Assembly (NCBI GenBank): GCA_035299465.1
Contig: DATGWN010000047.1
Span: forward strand, 716-64,715
DNA from: Acidobacteriota bacterium
GTDB lineage: Archaea; Nanobdellota; Nanobdellia; Woesearchaeales; DATGWN01
DNA length: 64,000 nucleotides
Reading direction: 5' to 3'
Positions 9,721 to 18,749 of the stretch are shown here, in pieces. The notes beneath the pieces are model-generated. The model saw nothing but the letters and a program-made list of their open reading frames with translations, searched no databases and was not told the origin of the DNA. The translations under genes and the position numbers were made by a program. Within the stretch, counting starts at the first letter, position 1; each line of letters starts with the position of its first letter.

Positions 9721-11450
9721 AGTGTTTTTGCTTGTTCTCCGATTTTCATTGCAAGGAACGAACGCATTTTCTCTTGCTCAGCTAACATCTTTTCGACTTG
9801 CTTTGCTTTTTCATCCTGTTGGCGTGCGTCCATTGCTGCGAGCGTCTTCAAATATGCGTCAAATTTGGCAATGATTTTCTCTGCAGATAATTCGCCGATG
9901 CTGTCCAACCTGAATTTGAGTTTTTTGTCAAAGGACCACGTCAACATTTCAGGTGATACTACCATGTTGCCGGATCGAATGTCATCAAATACGTGTCCGA
10001 TTTGACGGTTATTCAATTCAATGGACTTAAGGTATTCACCAAGGTGTAACCATTGTTGTTGCGGCATATCAATAGGCAGACCTTTAGTAAGCGATAATTT
10101 GGAATAGTCCGCGAATTCTTGTGGCGTTGCCAAAGGCGACATCACGAACGTCTGTCCAAAGATTCTACTCTTTGTTGCTTTGTCGATGCCGTCCGAATAG
10201 TTTGCATCCATAATAAAGCCGACCTTACCTATCTTTGGAATCGAACTTCCGTCAAACATTTTCAGATACGTCGAGAAGATCTTCTGTTCTTCTTGCGTCA
10301 TACCGCTTGCTCGGTTTCCAAAAATTGTATCTACATCAGCGATATACTGAACAACGATACCCGGGAAGCCTCGGATTTTTGCGGCGAATTTATCTAACTC
10401 TACTGCTGACTGATTTTGATAGTGCGAAATATAATCAGTTGCACTGTGAATTCCTACCCAACACGGGATCTGTGCATCTTTGCACATTTGAGCAATCCAT
10501 TGCAAATGCGCGTTTGCAAATACAGTTTTACCACAACCAGGCGGGCCGTCGATGTATGTGCACATAGGCACTTTCTCGACGTTCTTTGCAACCGAGTGAT
10601 CGTATAGGGCAATCTTGAGCAGCCATTGCTGAACGTCCGCTTTCATTTTTGCGTTGCCGATGATATCATCAGGCATCAAGCGCATGACACGTTCATCTAT
10701 TTCGACGCGATTATCTTTTGTCGAAAATGCGCCATCTTTGATCGTGAAGCGATCGTACTTGAGTGTGAGCCCTTCGATGTCGCGTGCTTTTGCCACGTCC
10801 TTGTGTGTCGACCATCTGAACTGGTTTATCCATGACGTGAATGTGTAGGCAAGGACGTCTTTGAGCGCTTCGTCGCTGGGCTTTTCGCCATCGGCTCTTA
10901 CTTTTGCAAACCACTTAGTCATATCGGCTTGCGTTTGCTTTACAAGATTTTGTGTCAGGGTTTCATCGTCGCGCGAGAAACTCATGTCTGCGTCGAATGC
11001 ATAGATGTCATTTGTCGCAGAGAGAGGTCGATTGAGCATAGATAGGCCAACGTGGCCAGCGAATGCTAATGCGTATTTGTTGGCAAGCTGTACGCTTGTC
11101 ACATAGTCCGCGCGTGTCGCAGAGGGCTTATCCTGTGTCGTTTGATCGTGTGTCGCAGTCAATCTCAATTCTAACGAGCCGACGTCCATGTTTTTTCGAA
11201 GCGTTTGCGTGGATTGCTGAAAAATACCTAATGCTTGTTCGTATACGTCGAGGATTTGTACTTGTGGAACGGTTATACGTGTACCATTTGCCAGCTCTTT
11301 GTTGACAAGTGCATATGCGCTTTGATAGACAGCAGCCTTAGGCATTGCAAGTTGCTGCAAGCCTTGAGCTGCATTGGGATGGGCAATATATTTGCGGATG
11401 CTTTCTAAACCGTCTTGTACATTTTTTGTGATGTCTTCATATTTTGTCAT
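9717..11450 (-). CDS. classical-clade AAA ATPase with ~300-aa novel N-terminal region and degenerate Walker B
   Basis: Walker A 'GPPGCGKT' (as in Cdc48 D2). 'VVQYIADVDTIFG' aligns to 'IIFIDEVDALTG' with DE->AD. SRH-like 'FIMDANYSDGIDKATKSRIF'. Confidence 0.8.
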   Translation of the reverse strand: MTKYEDITKNVQDGLESIRKYIAHPNAAQGLQQLAMPKAAVYQSAYALVNKELANGTRITVPQVQILDVYEQALGIFQQSTQTLRKNMDVGSLELRLTATHDQTTQDKPSATRADYVTSVQLANKYALAFAGHVGLSMLNRPLSATNDIYAFDADMSFSRDDETLTQNLVKQTQADMTKWFAKVRADGEKPSDEALKDVLAYTFTSWINQFRWSTHKDVAKARDIEGLTLKYDRFTIKDGAFSTKDNRVEIDERVMRLMPDDIIGNAKMKADVQQWLLKIALYDHSVAKNVEKVPMCTYIDGPPGCGKTVFANAHLQWIAQMCKDAQIPCWVGIHSATDYISHYQNQSAVELDKFAAKIRGFPGIVVQYIADVDTIFGNRASGMTQEEQKIFSTYLKMFDGSSIPKIGKVGFIMDANYSDGIDKATKSRIFGQTFVMSPLATPQEFADYSKLSLTKGLPIDMPQQQWLHLGEYLKSIELNNRQIGHVFDDIRSGNMVVSPEMLTWSFDKKLKFRLDSIGELSAEKIIAKFDAYLKTLAAMDARQQDEKAKQVEKMLAEQEKMRSFLAMKIGEQAKTL

Positions 11451-11466
11451 AGTAATACCTTTTCAG

Positions 11467-12603
11467 TCATTTCTCAAATAAATACGACTGAGCGCCAAGC
11501 AAATGCTCTGCGACGGTGCCTGCGTATTTTGCTTTTGTCACGGAAAACAAATCATTCCACTTCATTCGATGGATTTTTTGGAATGTGCGACCTTGCCGAA
11601 CTTCTGCGTTTGGCGCGTATGCGTAATCTCGCGAACATCGCAACAAGTCAAATTCTTTATCCTTGTCGATCAACGCTAGACTCACCGGGAATGGCTTGAA
11701 GCCTTGTGGTGATGTGAAATATTGATTATCAAATGGTCCAACCAGGAGTCGTGTCATGTGCACTGGATGGATCGTCGGATACTCTTCGTCGATTTTTTGT
11801 AACATGTACCATGCATCATTGTTTTCACTAAAATCGAACTCTCGCGCAAATTTATCTGAAAGTGTGTCTACGCCTTCACCCTCTTTTTTTACAAATGGCT
11901 CATCTCCTTCTGCAGGGACGTCTTCCCACAAATCCATGACGTATATCTGAAACATTCCTCTCGCGCGGCTATATTGGATTGACGATACGGACCACAGTGT
12001 CTCAACACCAAGATCAATCTCTTTTTTGACGATGATAGAATCTTTTTTTTGCATATCGGCCGGACCGATAAGGAGTTGATCGCCAAGATACTCGAAGTAA
12101 TTTCGCTGCAGCGCAGTCTGGTATATTTTATCAGCGTGCTGTGCGACTTCAGTCATGTCGACTTCATCTGAACTGAGCAAATCCTGCAGTTTTAGCGCTA
12201 ATGCGTCGTACTGCGGCAGACTATTGAGGAACTCGTCGCGCCGCTCCTTATGGATAATTATATCGGTTATCGACGAATACCAAGGAAGGCCTGATTCAGT
12301 AGAAATACCAAGTTCGCGAAGATGCGATCTGTTCTTGGCAGGGGTGGGATCGGTTGTGATGCTGCGCATCAAATCATACATGTTTCTGACTCGTTGCAAT
12401 TGAGTGACCAAAATATCTGAAGTGTGATTGAACGATGGCAATCGTGACCAGTCCCAAGAAGATGCGCGTGCGACGGCTTCTACTGACTCTTTTCGGAATA
12501 ACTGTTCGTTTTTTAGATTATGGCACAAAACTGAAAGTGATGCATCAAGTGAATCAAGATACCGCTCTTTTTCAGATCCAGTTATGATATGAACTTCTTT
12601 CAT
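11467..12603 (-). CDS. hypothetical protein
   Basis: 378 aa, no recognised motif. Same strand, 16-nt spacing to the next gene. Confidence 0.7.
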   Translation of the reverse strand: MKEVHIITGSEKERYLDSLDASLSVLCHNLKNEQLFRKESVEAVARASSWDWSRLPSFNHTSDILVTQLQRVRNMYDLMRSITTDPTPAKNRSHLRELGISTESGLPWYSSITDIIIHKERRDEFLNSLPQYDALALKLQDLLSSDEVDMTEVAQHADKIYQTALQRNYFEYLGDQLLIGPADMQKKDSIIVKKEIDLGVETLWSVSSIQYSRARGMFQIYVMDLWEDVPAEGDEPFVKKEGEGVDTLSDKFAREFDFSENNDAWYMLQKIDEEYPTIHPVHMTRLLVGPFDNQYFTSPQGFKPFPVSLALIDKDKEFDLLRCSRDYAYAPNAEVRQGRTFQKIHRMKWNDLFSVTKAKYAGTVAEHLLGAQSYLFEK

Positions 12604-12683
12604 CAGCCATCGTTACACTCGTCGACAATCGTCGAACAAATTGCGCGTTCGTGCGAAAGATCGCACGTACAAAAAAATAAAAT

Positions 12684-13940
12684 TTAGTGAGTTGTGTAGT
12701 GTCCGCCAGTCTCTGTACGGATAGCTTCCATGATGCCCTTGATAGACTTTTGAGCTTCTGCATATTGCATGTCCTTTTCGAGGACTTCGGACTCAAATTC
12801 CAACAAACGGGATCGAATCTGTCGACCATCTTCAACACTATACACCGGAGTTTCATAGATCGTTCTGATCTTTTGTTCCACGTGTTCGAGCAATCGCTGG
12901 TTGATGTCAAGCATTGCACGCGCGGAGCTTCCAAGTGTAATCAATCCGTCTGCAAGTCTGTCGGCAAGTTGTCCTTGGCTTGCGAGTCGTGCTGAGATCT
13001 TGAAGTTCTCCATGACGTACGTCTTCATGTCCATGTACATATCTTTGAGCTTGTTGAATTGCGTGACATATTGTTCTGCTTGCGCCATAGAGACGTCTGA
13101 CGCGACAATACTGCCTTTGATTGTGTCGACACTGTGTGCGACTGAGAGGACTCGTCTTCGTAGATCGGATACTTTGCCGTCTGCGCCGACTTTACCATCG
13201 ACAAGGTCATACTTCTTATCCAAAGTCTCTTGCGCTTTTTGTGCCAGAGCTTTGACTGCCCCGACATCGTTTGCATTCTTTGCTTTTTCGATTTCAGCGT
13301 GAAGCATAGTAAGTGTCTCGTCAAAGAACGATAATTCAGTCATATACTTAGTAACTTCTGCAGTGGCTTCAGCCATTTCGTCATCCGACACATAGCCTTC
13401 TTGGAGTTTGTCGATGAGACTTCTTTCAAGGAAGCGCTTGTTGTTGATAGCGCGAGTTCGCGTTTCGAGAACTTTTGCAAGTCCTTCTTCTGCGCGTTGG
13501 TAAGCAGTTGTGACTACTTCGTCCATTTTCTGAGCGATTGTGTCCAGTGATTCTGCATTTCTTGTGTATGCATTTACTTCTATTTCGTCGGCCTTGTCTT
13601 GGTTCTTCCAGACATGAGTGTACCAGCCGAGTCGGAATCTTTCATGTAATTTGAATGAGCCGTTTTTAGACAACAAGTCAGCGAATTCTGCGTTGTGTAC
13701 GCCGTACTGTCGTCCTAGTTTACTAAGTGAGAGTGTGATCTGCGCCATTTCTTCTCGGATTTGTGCAGCTTCATCTTTTTGCGTGTCTTGTTTAGGTGAT
13801 GCGCTGACGCGAGTAGGCGTTGCCTGTCGTGTTGCTGGTCTACGCAACGTTTGGGAAATAGTAGATGCTGGAGCGGCTGTGTATGTACCGATCTTCTGTA
13901 ATCTTTGTTCAAGTTCGCTTGAAATTGCTGTTTGGCTCAT
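12684..13940 (-). CDS. long coiled-coil protein
   Basis: 418 aa, heptad-rich and charged. S/T/P-rich N-terminus 'RRPATRQATPTRVSASPKQ'. Confidence 0.7.
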   Translation of the reverse strand: MSQTAISSELEQRLQKIGTYTAAPASTISQTLRRPATRQATPTRVSASPKQDTQKDEAAQIREEMAQITLSLSKLGRQYGVHNAEFADLLSKNGSFKLHERFRLGWYTHVWKNQDKADEIEVNAYTRNAESLDTIAQKMDEVVTTAYQRAEEGLAKVLETRTRAINNKRFLERSLIDKLQEGYVSDDEMAEATAEVTKYMTELSFFDETLTMLHAEIEKAKNANDVGAVKALAQKAQETLDKKYDLVDGKVGADGKVSDLRRRVLSVAHSVDTIKGSIVASDVSMAQAEQYVTQFNKLKDMYMDMKTYVMENFKISARLASQGQLADRLADGLITLGSSARAMLDINQRLLEHVEQKIRTIYETPVYSVEDGRQIRSRLLEFESEVLEKDMQYAEAQKSIKGIMEAIRTETGGHYTTH

Positions 13941-14054
13941 TGTTGTTACCCCTAAGTAGTATAATATTGAAACGTATATGCACTTCGTTTATATAGTTTT
14001 GCTCCGGAAGTCTCCGTTTTTTTAGTATTTTTCTCGTCGCAACAAAGTCAGTAT

Positions 14055-15440
14055 TTATAAACTGTCTATGGACTTGAGTTCTCCTAGTGTTTTTGTAAGG
14101 TCTAGGATCATGTTTCCTGCCAATTTTTTGCTATCTATTAGCATGACACGAGTCTTTGGACCTGCAGCCTTGCCTATGGCTTTGACATTTTCTTTTGCTT
14201 GACCGTCTCCATCTACCAAAAAGATACGTAGCAAAACATTTGGCATGGACGCGAAGTACTCGGCTTCTTGTACGGCGTCGGACAAACTGTCGGGCGCACC
14301 GTCTGAAACAAGATACGCCATCGATAATCGTCGATCGGTCAATGTTTCGCGCAACCATTTGAGTCCAAGATGCATCGGCGTGCCTTCGTTAGGAGTGCTG
14401 AGTTTGAGGTATTCTGCGTGTGTTAGACTGGTGACGCGATTGTGATTGAATACTGAGAGCGATACTTTGTTTTTGCTGCTGAGTTGTCGCATCATTGCAG
14501 CTGCGGCACCACCCATTTGTTGTGCGATGTCCCACCGTGTTTTCGTATCCGTTGCTCGATAATCCATGCTGCCGCTATAGTCAACTGTGATGGCCGTATC
14601 TAAGCCGAGTTCTCGATACGTCGGTGTTTTGTATTTTGCCACAACGAAATCTTCAATGATTGGTCGACTTCGTCCAGCAATTTTCATATTGACATTTGTC
14701 GCAAACCAGTCGACGTTTGGCAATTCTGACATATCTTCCATGTGAGTATAGCGGTCGAAGATACCGTTAAATGCAGCGATGGCTTTCTCTTTGATGCCTG
14801 ATTTTCCTGCAACAGAAAGACCTTTGAGCGTTTCGTCCAATAGACTATCTTGCAATCGCGAGACTAATTTATCGTCGTTAAAAGTGAGCGAACCGTATCT
14901 ATCCTTGGAGAACACACCTGTGTCAACTAGATGCTCGCGGATTTTTTCTTGCGCTATTCTTGTGACATCGGCATTTTGGATTTCCTGCTTTTTCTGCTCG
15001 ATTGCGGCAAGTTCTTCTTGCGTCTTTGCTTCGTATGTTGCAGCGACGTCTTGGACGGCTTGCGATTCAGATTGCTGTACCTGCGTTACTGTTTGCTCAA
15101 GCGTTTGTGCAGCAGTTTTCTTGGCATCGATCTCGTTTTTTGTGCCTACAATACTTTGCGCTTTAGAGCCGATACTGGAGAGTCCTTGCGTAATTTCGAG
15201 CGCTTGCAATCGTTTCTCGTATACATGCGTGGCATACTGCGAAATGAGGTCGTTGGTCTTTCGTTCATACCAACCTGTGAATATGCGTTTTCCGACAGAA
15301 AGCTTGAATTTTTCCGTTCTACTTAAGTTCAAGTATTCGTGGACTTTTTCTCGGAATTGAACGTCTCCTCTATATCGTGATCCAAATGAACGAATGTACG
15401 CTTCCTTTGTGTATCTGAGCGGGACTTTTAATTGCGTCAT
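14055..15440 (-). CDS. von Willebrand factor A (vWA) domain protein with N-terminal coiled-coil region
   Basis: C-terminal vWA with MIDAS 'DYSGSMD' (DxSxS), then T and 'SDGAPD'. N-terminal 300 aa Q/E/A-rich coiled coil. Start overlaps the upstream stop (ATGA). Confidence 0.8.
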   Translation of the reverse strand: MTQLKVPLRYTKEAYIRSFGSRYRGDVQFREKVHEYLNLSRTEKFKLSVGKRIFTGWYERKTNDLISQYATHVYEKRLQALEITQGLSSIGSKAQSIVGTKNEIDAKKTAAQTLEQTVTQVQQSESQAVQDVAATYEAKTQEELAAIEQKKQEIQNADVTRIAQEKIREHLVDTGVFSKDRYGSLTFNDDKLVSRLQDSLLDETLKGLSVAGKSGIKEKAIAAFNGIFDRYTHMEDMSELPNVDWFATNVNMKIAGRSRPIIEDFVVAKYKTPTYRELGLDTAITVDYSGSMDYRATDTKTRWDIAQQMGGAAAAMMRQLSSKNKVSLSVFNHNRVTSLTHAEYLKLSTPNEGTPMHLGLKWLRETLTDRRLSMAYLVSDGAPDSLSDAVQEAEYFASMPNVLLRIFLVDGDGQAKENVKAIGKAAGPKTRVMLIDSKKLAGNMILDLTKTLGELKSIDSL

Positions 15441-16327
15441 GAGTCACCACCCTTATATCCGAATATAGAGAGAAAACCATAATAGGTACGTTTGATGAAG
15501 CCTTTCTTCTTCTTGACGGGGCCTGCTTTTTTGACAATCTTTTCCAGATTTCCTGTGCTTGCAAGTTGCTCGGCAGTGGCATTTGTTTTCAGTAATTCAA
15601 GTCCCAAAGTAATGTCAGCAGGATCACTTGTTTGGTTTGAGTTTGATTCGAGGTTTGATTCTTGCACCTGCGCTGTTTGTGCTGCATACTGGTCGACGTT
15701 CGTTTCGGGAGTTGATTGAGATTGCGGGCTTTGCTGCGGACTTTGATCTGCGGCTTTTTTTTGCTTTTCGTCCAGCGGTTCCTCTAACATTGCATCCAGC
15801 TCGAGAATCTTGGCTAGACCTTCTTCGCCACCTATCTCTTTGAGCTGTGCAGCTACTTTTGCACGAGATTCGTCTAATTGGCCTTGTGCACAAAGATATT
15901 CTTGCGTCGATTTGTCGTACGCATTTAGTGTTGCGTCAAGTTGTGCTTTTTGTTCCTGCAATTTTGCAGTGTATTGATTTTTTATTGCGAGTATCTCTGC
16001 TTCGCGCTTTTCTTGCAGCACTCTTTTTTTCTCGGCTTCTTCTGCGGAGAGAGCGTCAAGTGCTTTCATCTGTTGATAGCCGTGACTTTTTGCAATTTGC
16101 TGAGAAATCTGACTGACAATACTTTCTGAACTGAGAATACTGTCAACTGTGCGCTGTGCATCAGCGCCTCGTTTCCACGCACTAAACATAGCTTCGTTCA
16201 ATGCAGCTTCAAGCCGTTTTAGATCGACTGGCGGAGTGCGGAATAGTTCACACTGTGCAAGCCTGAACTCGTCAAGTGACATCCTAACCTTTAAGTGGGA
16301 TCTTGCACTTGGAATGCTGCATCGCAT
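15437..16327 (-). CDS. Q/E-rich coiled-coil protein with polybasic C-terminus
   Basis: 296 aa. 'KKAGPVKKKKGFIKRTYYGF' tail. Overlaps the upstream gene by 44 nt. Confidence 0.65.
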   Translation of the reverse strand: MRCSIPSARSHLKVRMSLDEFRLAQCELFRTPPVDLKRLEAALNEAMFSAWKRGADAQRTVDSILSSESIVSQISQQIAKSHGYQQMKALDALSAEEAEKKRVLQEKREAEILAIKNQYTAKLQEQKAQLDATLNAYDKSTQEYLCAQGQLDESRAKVAAQLKEIGGEEGLAKILELDAMLEEPLDEKQKKAADQSPQQSPQSQSTPETNVDQYAAQTAQVQESNLESNSNQTSDPADITLGLELLKTNATAEQLASTGNLEKIVKKAGPVKKKKGFIKRTYYGFLSIFGYKGGDS

Positions 16328-18575
16328 CCATATAGAATTGTGCAGTCTCTTTGAGTTGTGCTATGCTGAGCTGATGGAAATTAGCTTCCGTATCAAAGAA
16401 CATACCTGCGAGTGGATATTCCTTCTTGAGGATATGAGTTTCTCGTGCGTTCTGGTTTTTCACTGCTGCTTGCAATTCTTCAAATGGTCGTACAAGCTCA
16501 GTAACGTCAGCATATGTTTTTTGAAGCTGTGTTTCAAATCGTTTTGCGATTCCAGCAGATACTGATTCTTTACTTGCAATGTCCTTGAATTGGTTGCACC
16601 ACCAGACATCTGCTTCTTGTGTGAAGACGGATTCAATTTGACCAGTCACGAGTTTTTCAATCGCTTCGTAATTTGCGATTTCGGCTGCTCGATCGTCGCA
16701 CGCAAGTCTACTTCTTGTCGCGAACAAGACACCGTTCGTTGCATAGGGCATCGTTACGATGTGTGGTCGCTTTTCGTAGAAGAGTCTGTCAATGAATAGT
16801 TGTGATCGCGCTGCATACAATGCGTCAAGTTTGGAACGGTTTCCTAAGATTATGCTCGTGCTGTCTTCGCTTCGGATCTCACGCATTTTGATATAAAGTG
16901 CGTCGATGGATCTTTCAAGCAACGATGGCATGGAAACAGTTTTGACAATGTCGATTGGTTGCATGATGTGTACGTCCGGGATTTCTACTGCAGATGGTTC
17001 TTCACGCAAGCCGTGAATACTTGCACGAGTAATCTTATGGCTAACGTCAACATCTTGAGGATAGTGCATCGGGAAGAACAATACTCTGTCCTTTATTGGA
17101 GCAGTAAAGCAGTCGACTTCGTTTGCGTTCTTGAAAATTGCAGCGTGTGCAGGATTCTCGAATCTGATCTGGTCAATCTTGACTCTGTTATTTGAAAGGG
17201 CGAATCGAAGTGTGTCTTTTTCTGCGTCTGGGATCAAGTGGGCTTCGTCAATGATGAGAACACCGTTGTTTGTTCGCACGAGTGCACCATACTGTACGCC
17301 TTCTGGGTCGTAACCGTTGGATTTTGCATTTGCGTCAGTTGGCATCTTATAGCCGACAAGGTTGAATTGTCTGACACCTGGTGTACCGTTGAGAAGCTCG
17401 ACACCAAAACCTGGTCCGAATGCCTTGACATCGACGTTAATTTTTGAAGGATGTTTTGGCTTAAAGATACCTGTTGCGCGATATTTACCAGTGTTATCAT
17501 GCGCGATCATCGTCTCTGCACAAGGTATTACTTTTCGTGCGAAGCTTGGATCGATGAGTGAGAATGGGGACGTCTGACATTGCGAGCCTTCAGCAACGAA
17601 TTGGATTTCACGTTGCTGTGCAATAGCTGCAAGATCTTCACATATAGTAGTCTTTCCACCGCCCGCTGGACCATAGAAAACCATGTCTTTGTTCATCAAG
17701 ATTCCAGTTGCAACATCGTTTGCGAATGCAGTTTCCACTTTTGTCTTTGGGAACACGCGTGCAAACGCTTCTTCGCGAACTACTTCTTCGATATCAGCTG
17801 GTTCTTCTTGCCCGTGACTTGATACTTGCAATACGCCATGTGCTTCGTCAATTGGGAGCGTATACATTGTTTCTGAACCACGTTTTGGTTTGACAGCAAT
17901 TGCGATGATCCCTTTGTCCTTATCGTATTCTACGATGCGGCCAGTTGTATTTGCTTTGATTTTTTTCTTTTCTCGTCCTTCTGAAACTTCAATTGCTTCT
18001 GTGACTCGAATCAAATGTCCAAGGTCTGGTTTTGCAACAACGCCTGGATGCAAATCATATGCCACCGGTACTTGATCATCGGATGTGAATTCAACATGAT
18101 TCCAAGGTACTGTGACTCTGTATTTATTGCCCACTTTTGTGGATTCGTCGACTTGGCCGTCGAGCTTTTTTACCGGATCGTCGTATTCAACTACGATGCC
18201 TGATGAGCCTGATTTTTTTGGTGAATCGCCGTATTCATACACGCGACCAACCATATTTTCCAAATCCCATTTCTTGTATGGACCTACGACGCGAACTGCT
18301 GCCGTCGTTTTGTCAGATTTCGATAATGATGTCAGATAATCGTATTTGTCTGCAGCTTCTTTCAATTCTGATGCTTTTACTGTCTCTGCTTTGACTGCTG
18401 GAATCCATTGTCCGAGCATATCTGGTGATAACTGGGATCGAGCCTCGTCTCTGGCTTTCTTGAGTCGTTCGACAGTAATCAATGCAAGATATTCGGATGA
18501 TGTTTTAGGAACTACGCCCATATCGATTAAATCTTGCGCTGTCTTTACTCGAGAATATTTATCTGCTAATGCCAT
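16284..18575 (-). CDS. MoxR/ChlI-like (helix-2-insert clade) AAA+ ATPase with ~280-aa N-terminal repeat domain and C-terminal extension
   Basis: Walker A 'GPAGGGKTT'. Walker B/sensor 'LIIDEAHLIPDAEKDTLRFALSNNRVKIDQIRFENPAHAAIFKNANEVD' matches the DExNLL...L..LE.g.v.i.R...PA.F.L.A..NP pattern of Mg-chelatase/MoxR AAA+. N-terminus has duplicated 'GR(V/I)xEYD' modules. Confidence 0.8.
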   Translation of the reverse strand: MALADKYSRVKTAQDLIDMGVVPKTSSEYLALITVERLKKARDEARSQLSPDMLGQWIPAVKAETVKASELKEAADKYDYLTSLSKSDKTTAAVRVVGPYKKWDLENMVGRVYEYGDSPKKSGSSGIVVEYDDPVKKLDGQVDESTKVGNKYRVTVPWNHVEFTSDDQVPVAYDLHPGVVAKPDLGHLIRVTEAIEVSEGREKKKIKANTTGRIVEYDKDKGIIAIAVKPKRGSETMYTLPIDEAHGVLQVSSHGQEEPADIEEVVREEAFARVFPKTKVETAFANDVATGILMNKDMVFYGPAGGGKTTICEDLAAIAQQREIQFVAEGSQCQTSPFSLIDPSFARKVIPCAETMIAHDNTGKYRATGIFKPKHPSKINVDVKAFGPGFGVELLNGTPGVRQFNLVGYKMPTDANAKSNGYDPEGVQYGALVRTNNGVLIIDEAHLIPDAEKDTLRFALSNNRVKIDQIRFENPAHAAIFKNANEVDCFTAPIKDRVLFFPMHYPQDVDVSHKITRASIHGLREEPSAVEIPDVHIMQPIDIVKTVSMPSLLERSIDALYIKMREIRSEDSTSIILGNRSKLDALYAARSQLFIDRLFYEKRPHIVTMPYATNGVLFATRSRLACDDRAAEIANYEAIEKLVTGQIESVFTQEADVWWCNQFKDIASKESVSAGIAKRFETQLQKTYADVTELVRPFEELQAAVKNQNARETHILKKEYPLAGMFFDTEANFHQLSIAQLKETAQFYMDAMQHSKCKIPLKG

Positions 18576-18711
18576 AGTTTCACCGTATTATATTGATACA
18601 CGCTGGGCGCTACTTTTGCAAAATGAAAATAGCTCGCATGTTAATTGAAGCACCGAGCCTCACTTTAAATACTTTACTACCTCATAGTAACTACTATCCG
18701 ACCCCGTATGC

Positions 18712-18744
18712 TTTTGAAAATGAAAAAAGAGAGGAAATCCTCTC
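18712..18744 (-). terminator. hairpin (GAGAGG-AAAT-CCTCTC) followed by U-tract on the minus strand, just downstream of the 18750-19328 gene
   Basis: Perfect 6-bp inverted repeat at 18729-18744 with an A-run at 18712-18728 on the plus strand (U-run for the minus transcript). Confidence 0.45.
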
Positions 18745-18749
18745 AACCT

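Noticed and set aside
14779-15360. Plus-strand ORFs (193 and 131 aa) antisense to the vWA gene
   Set aside because: Cys/Phe/Ser-rich, non-protein-like translations opposite a gene with a clear MIDAS vWA domain. Typical antisense artefacts. The same applies to the many 60-110-aa antisense ORFs inside the other large genes (e.g. 10119-10607, 17131-18394, 34927-36417, 46548-47078, 51088-52256).
8359-18575. Possibility that the AAA/vWA cluster is an integrated virus or mobile element
   Set aside because: No integrase, transposase, capsid/packaging ATPase (terminase-like) or flanking tRNA/direct repeats recognisable. The nearest tRNAs are more than 20 kb away. Left as a chromosomal operon of unknown function.
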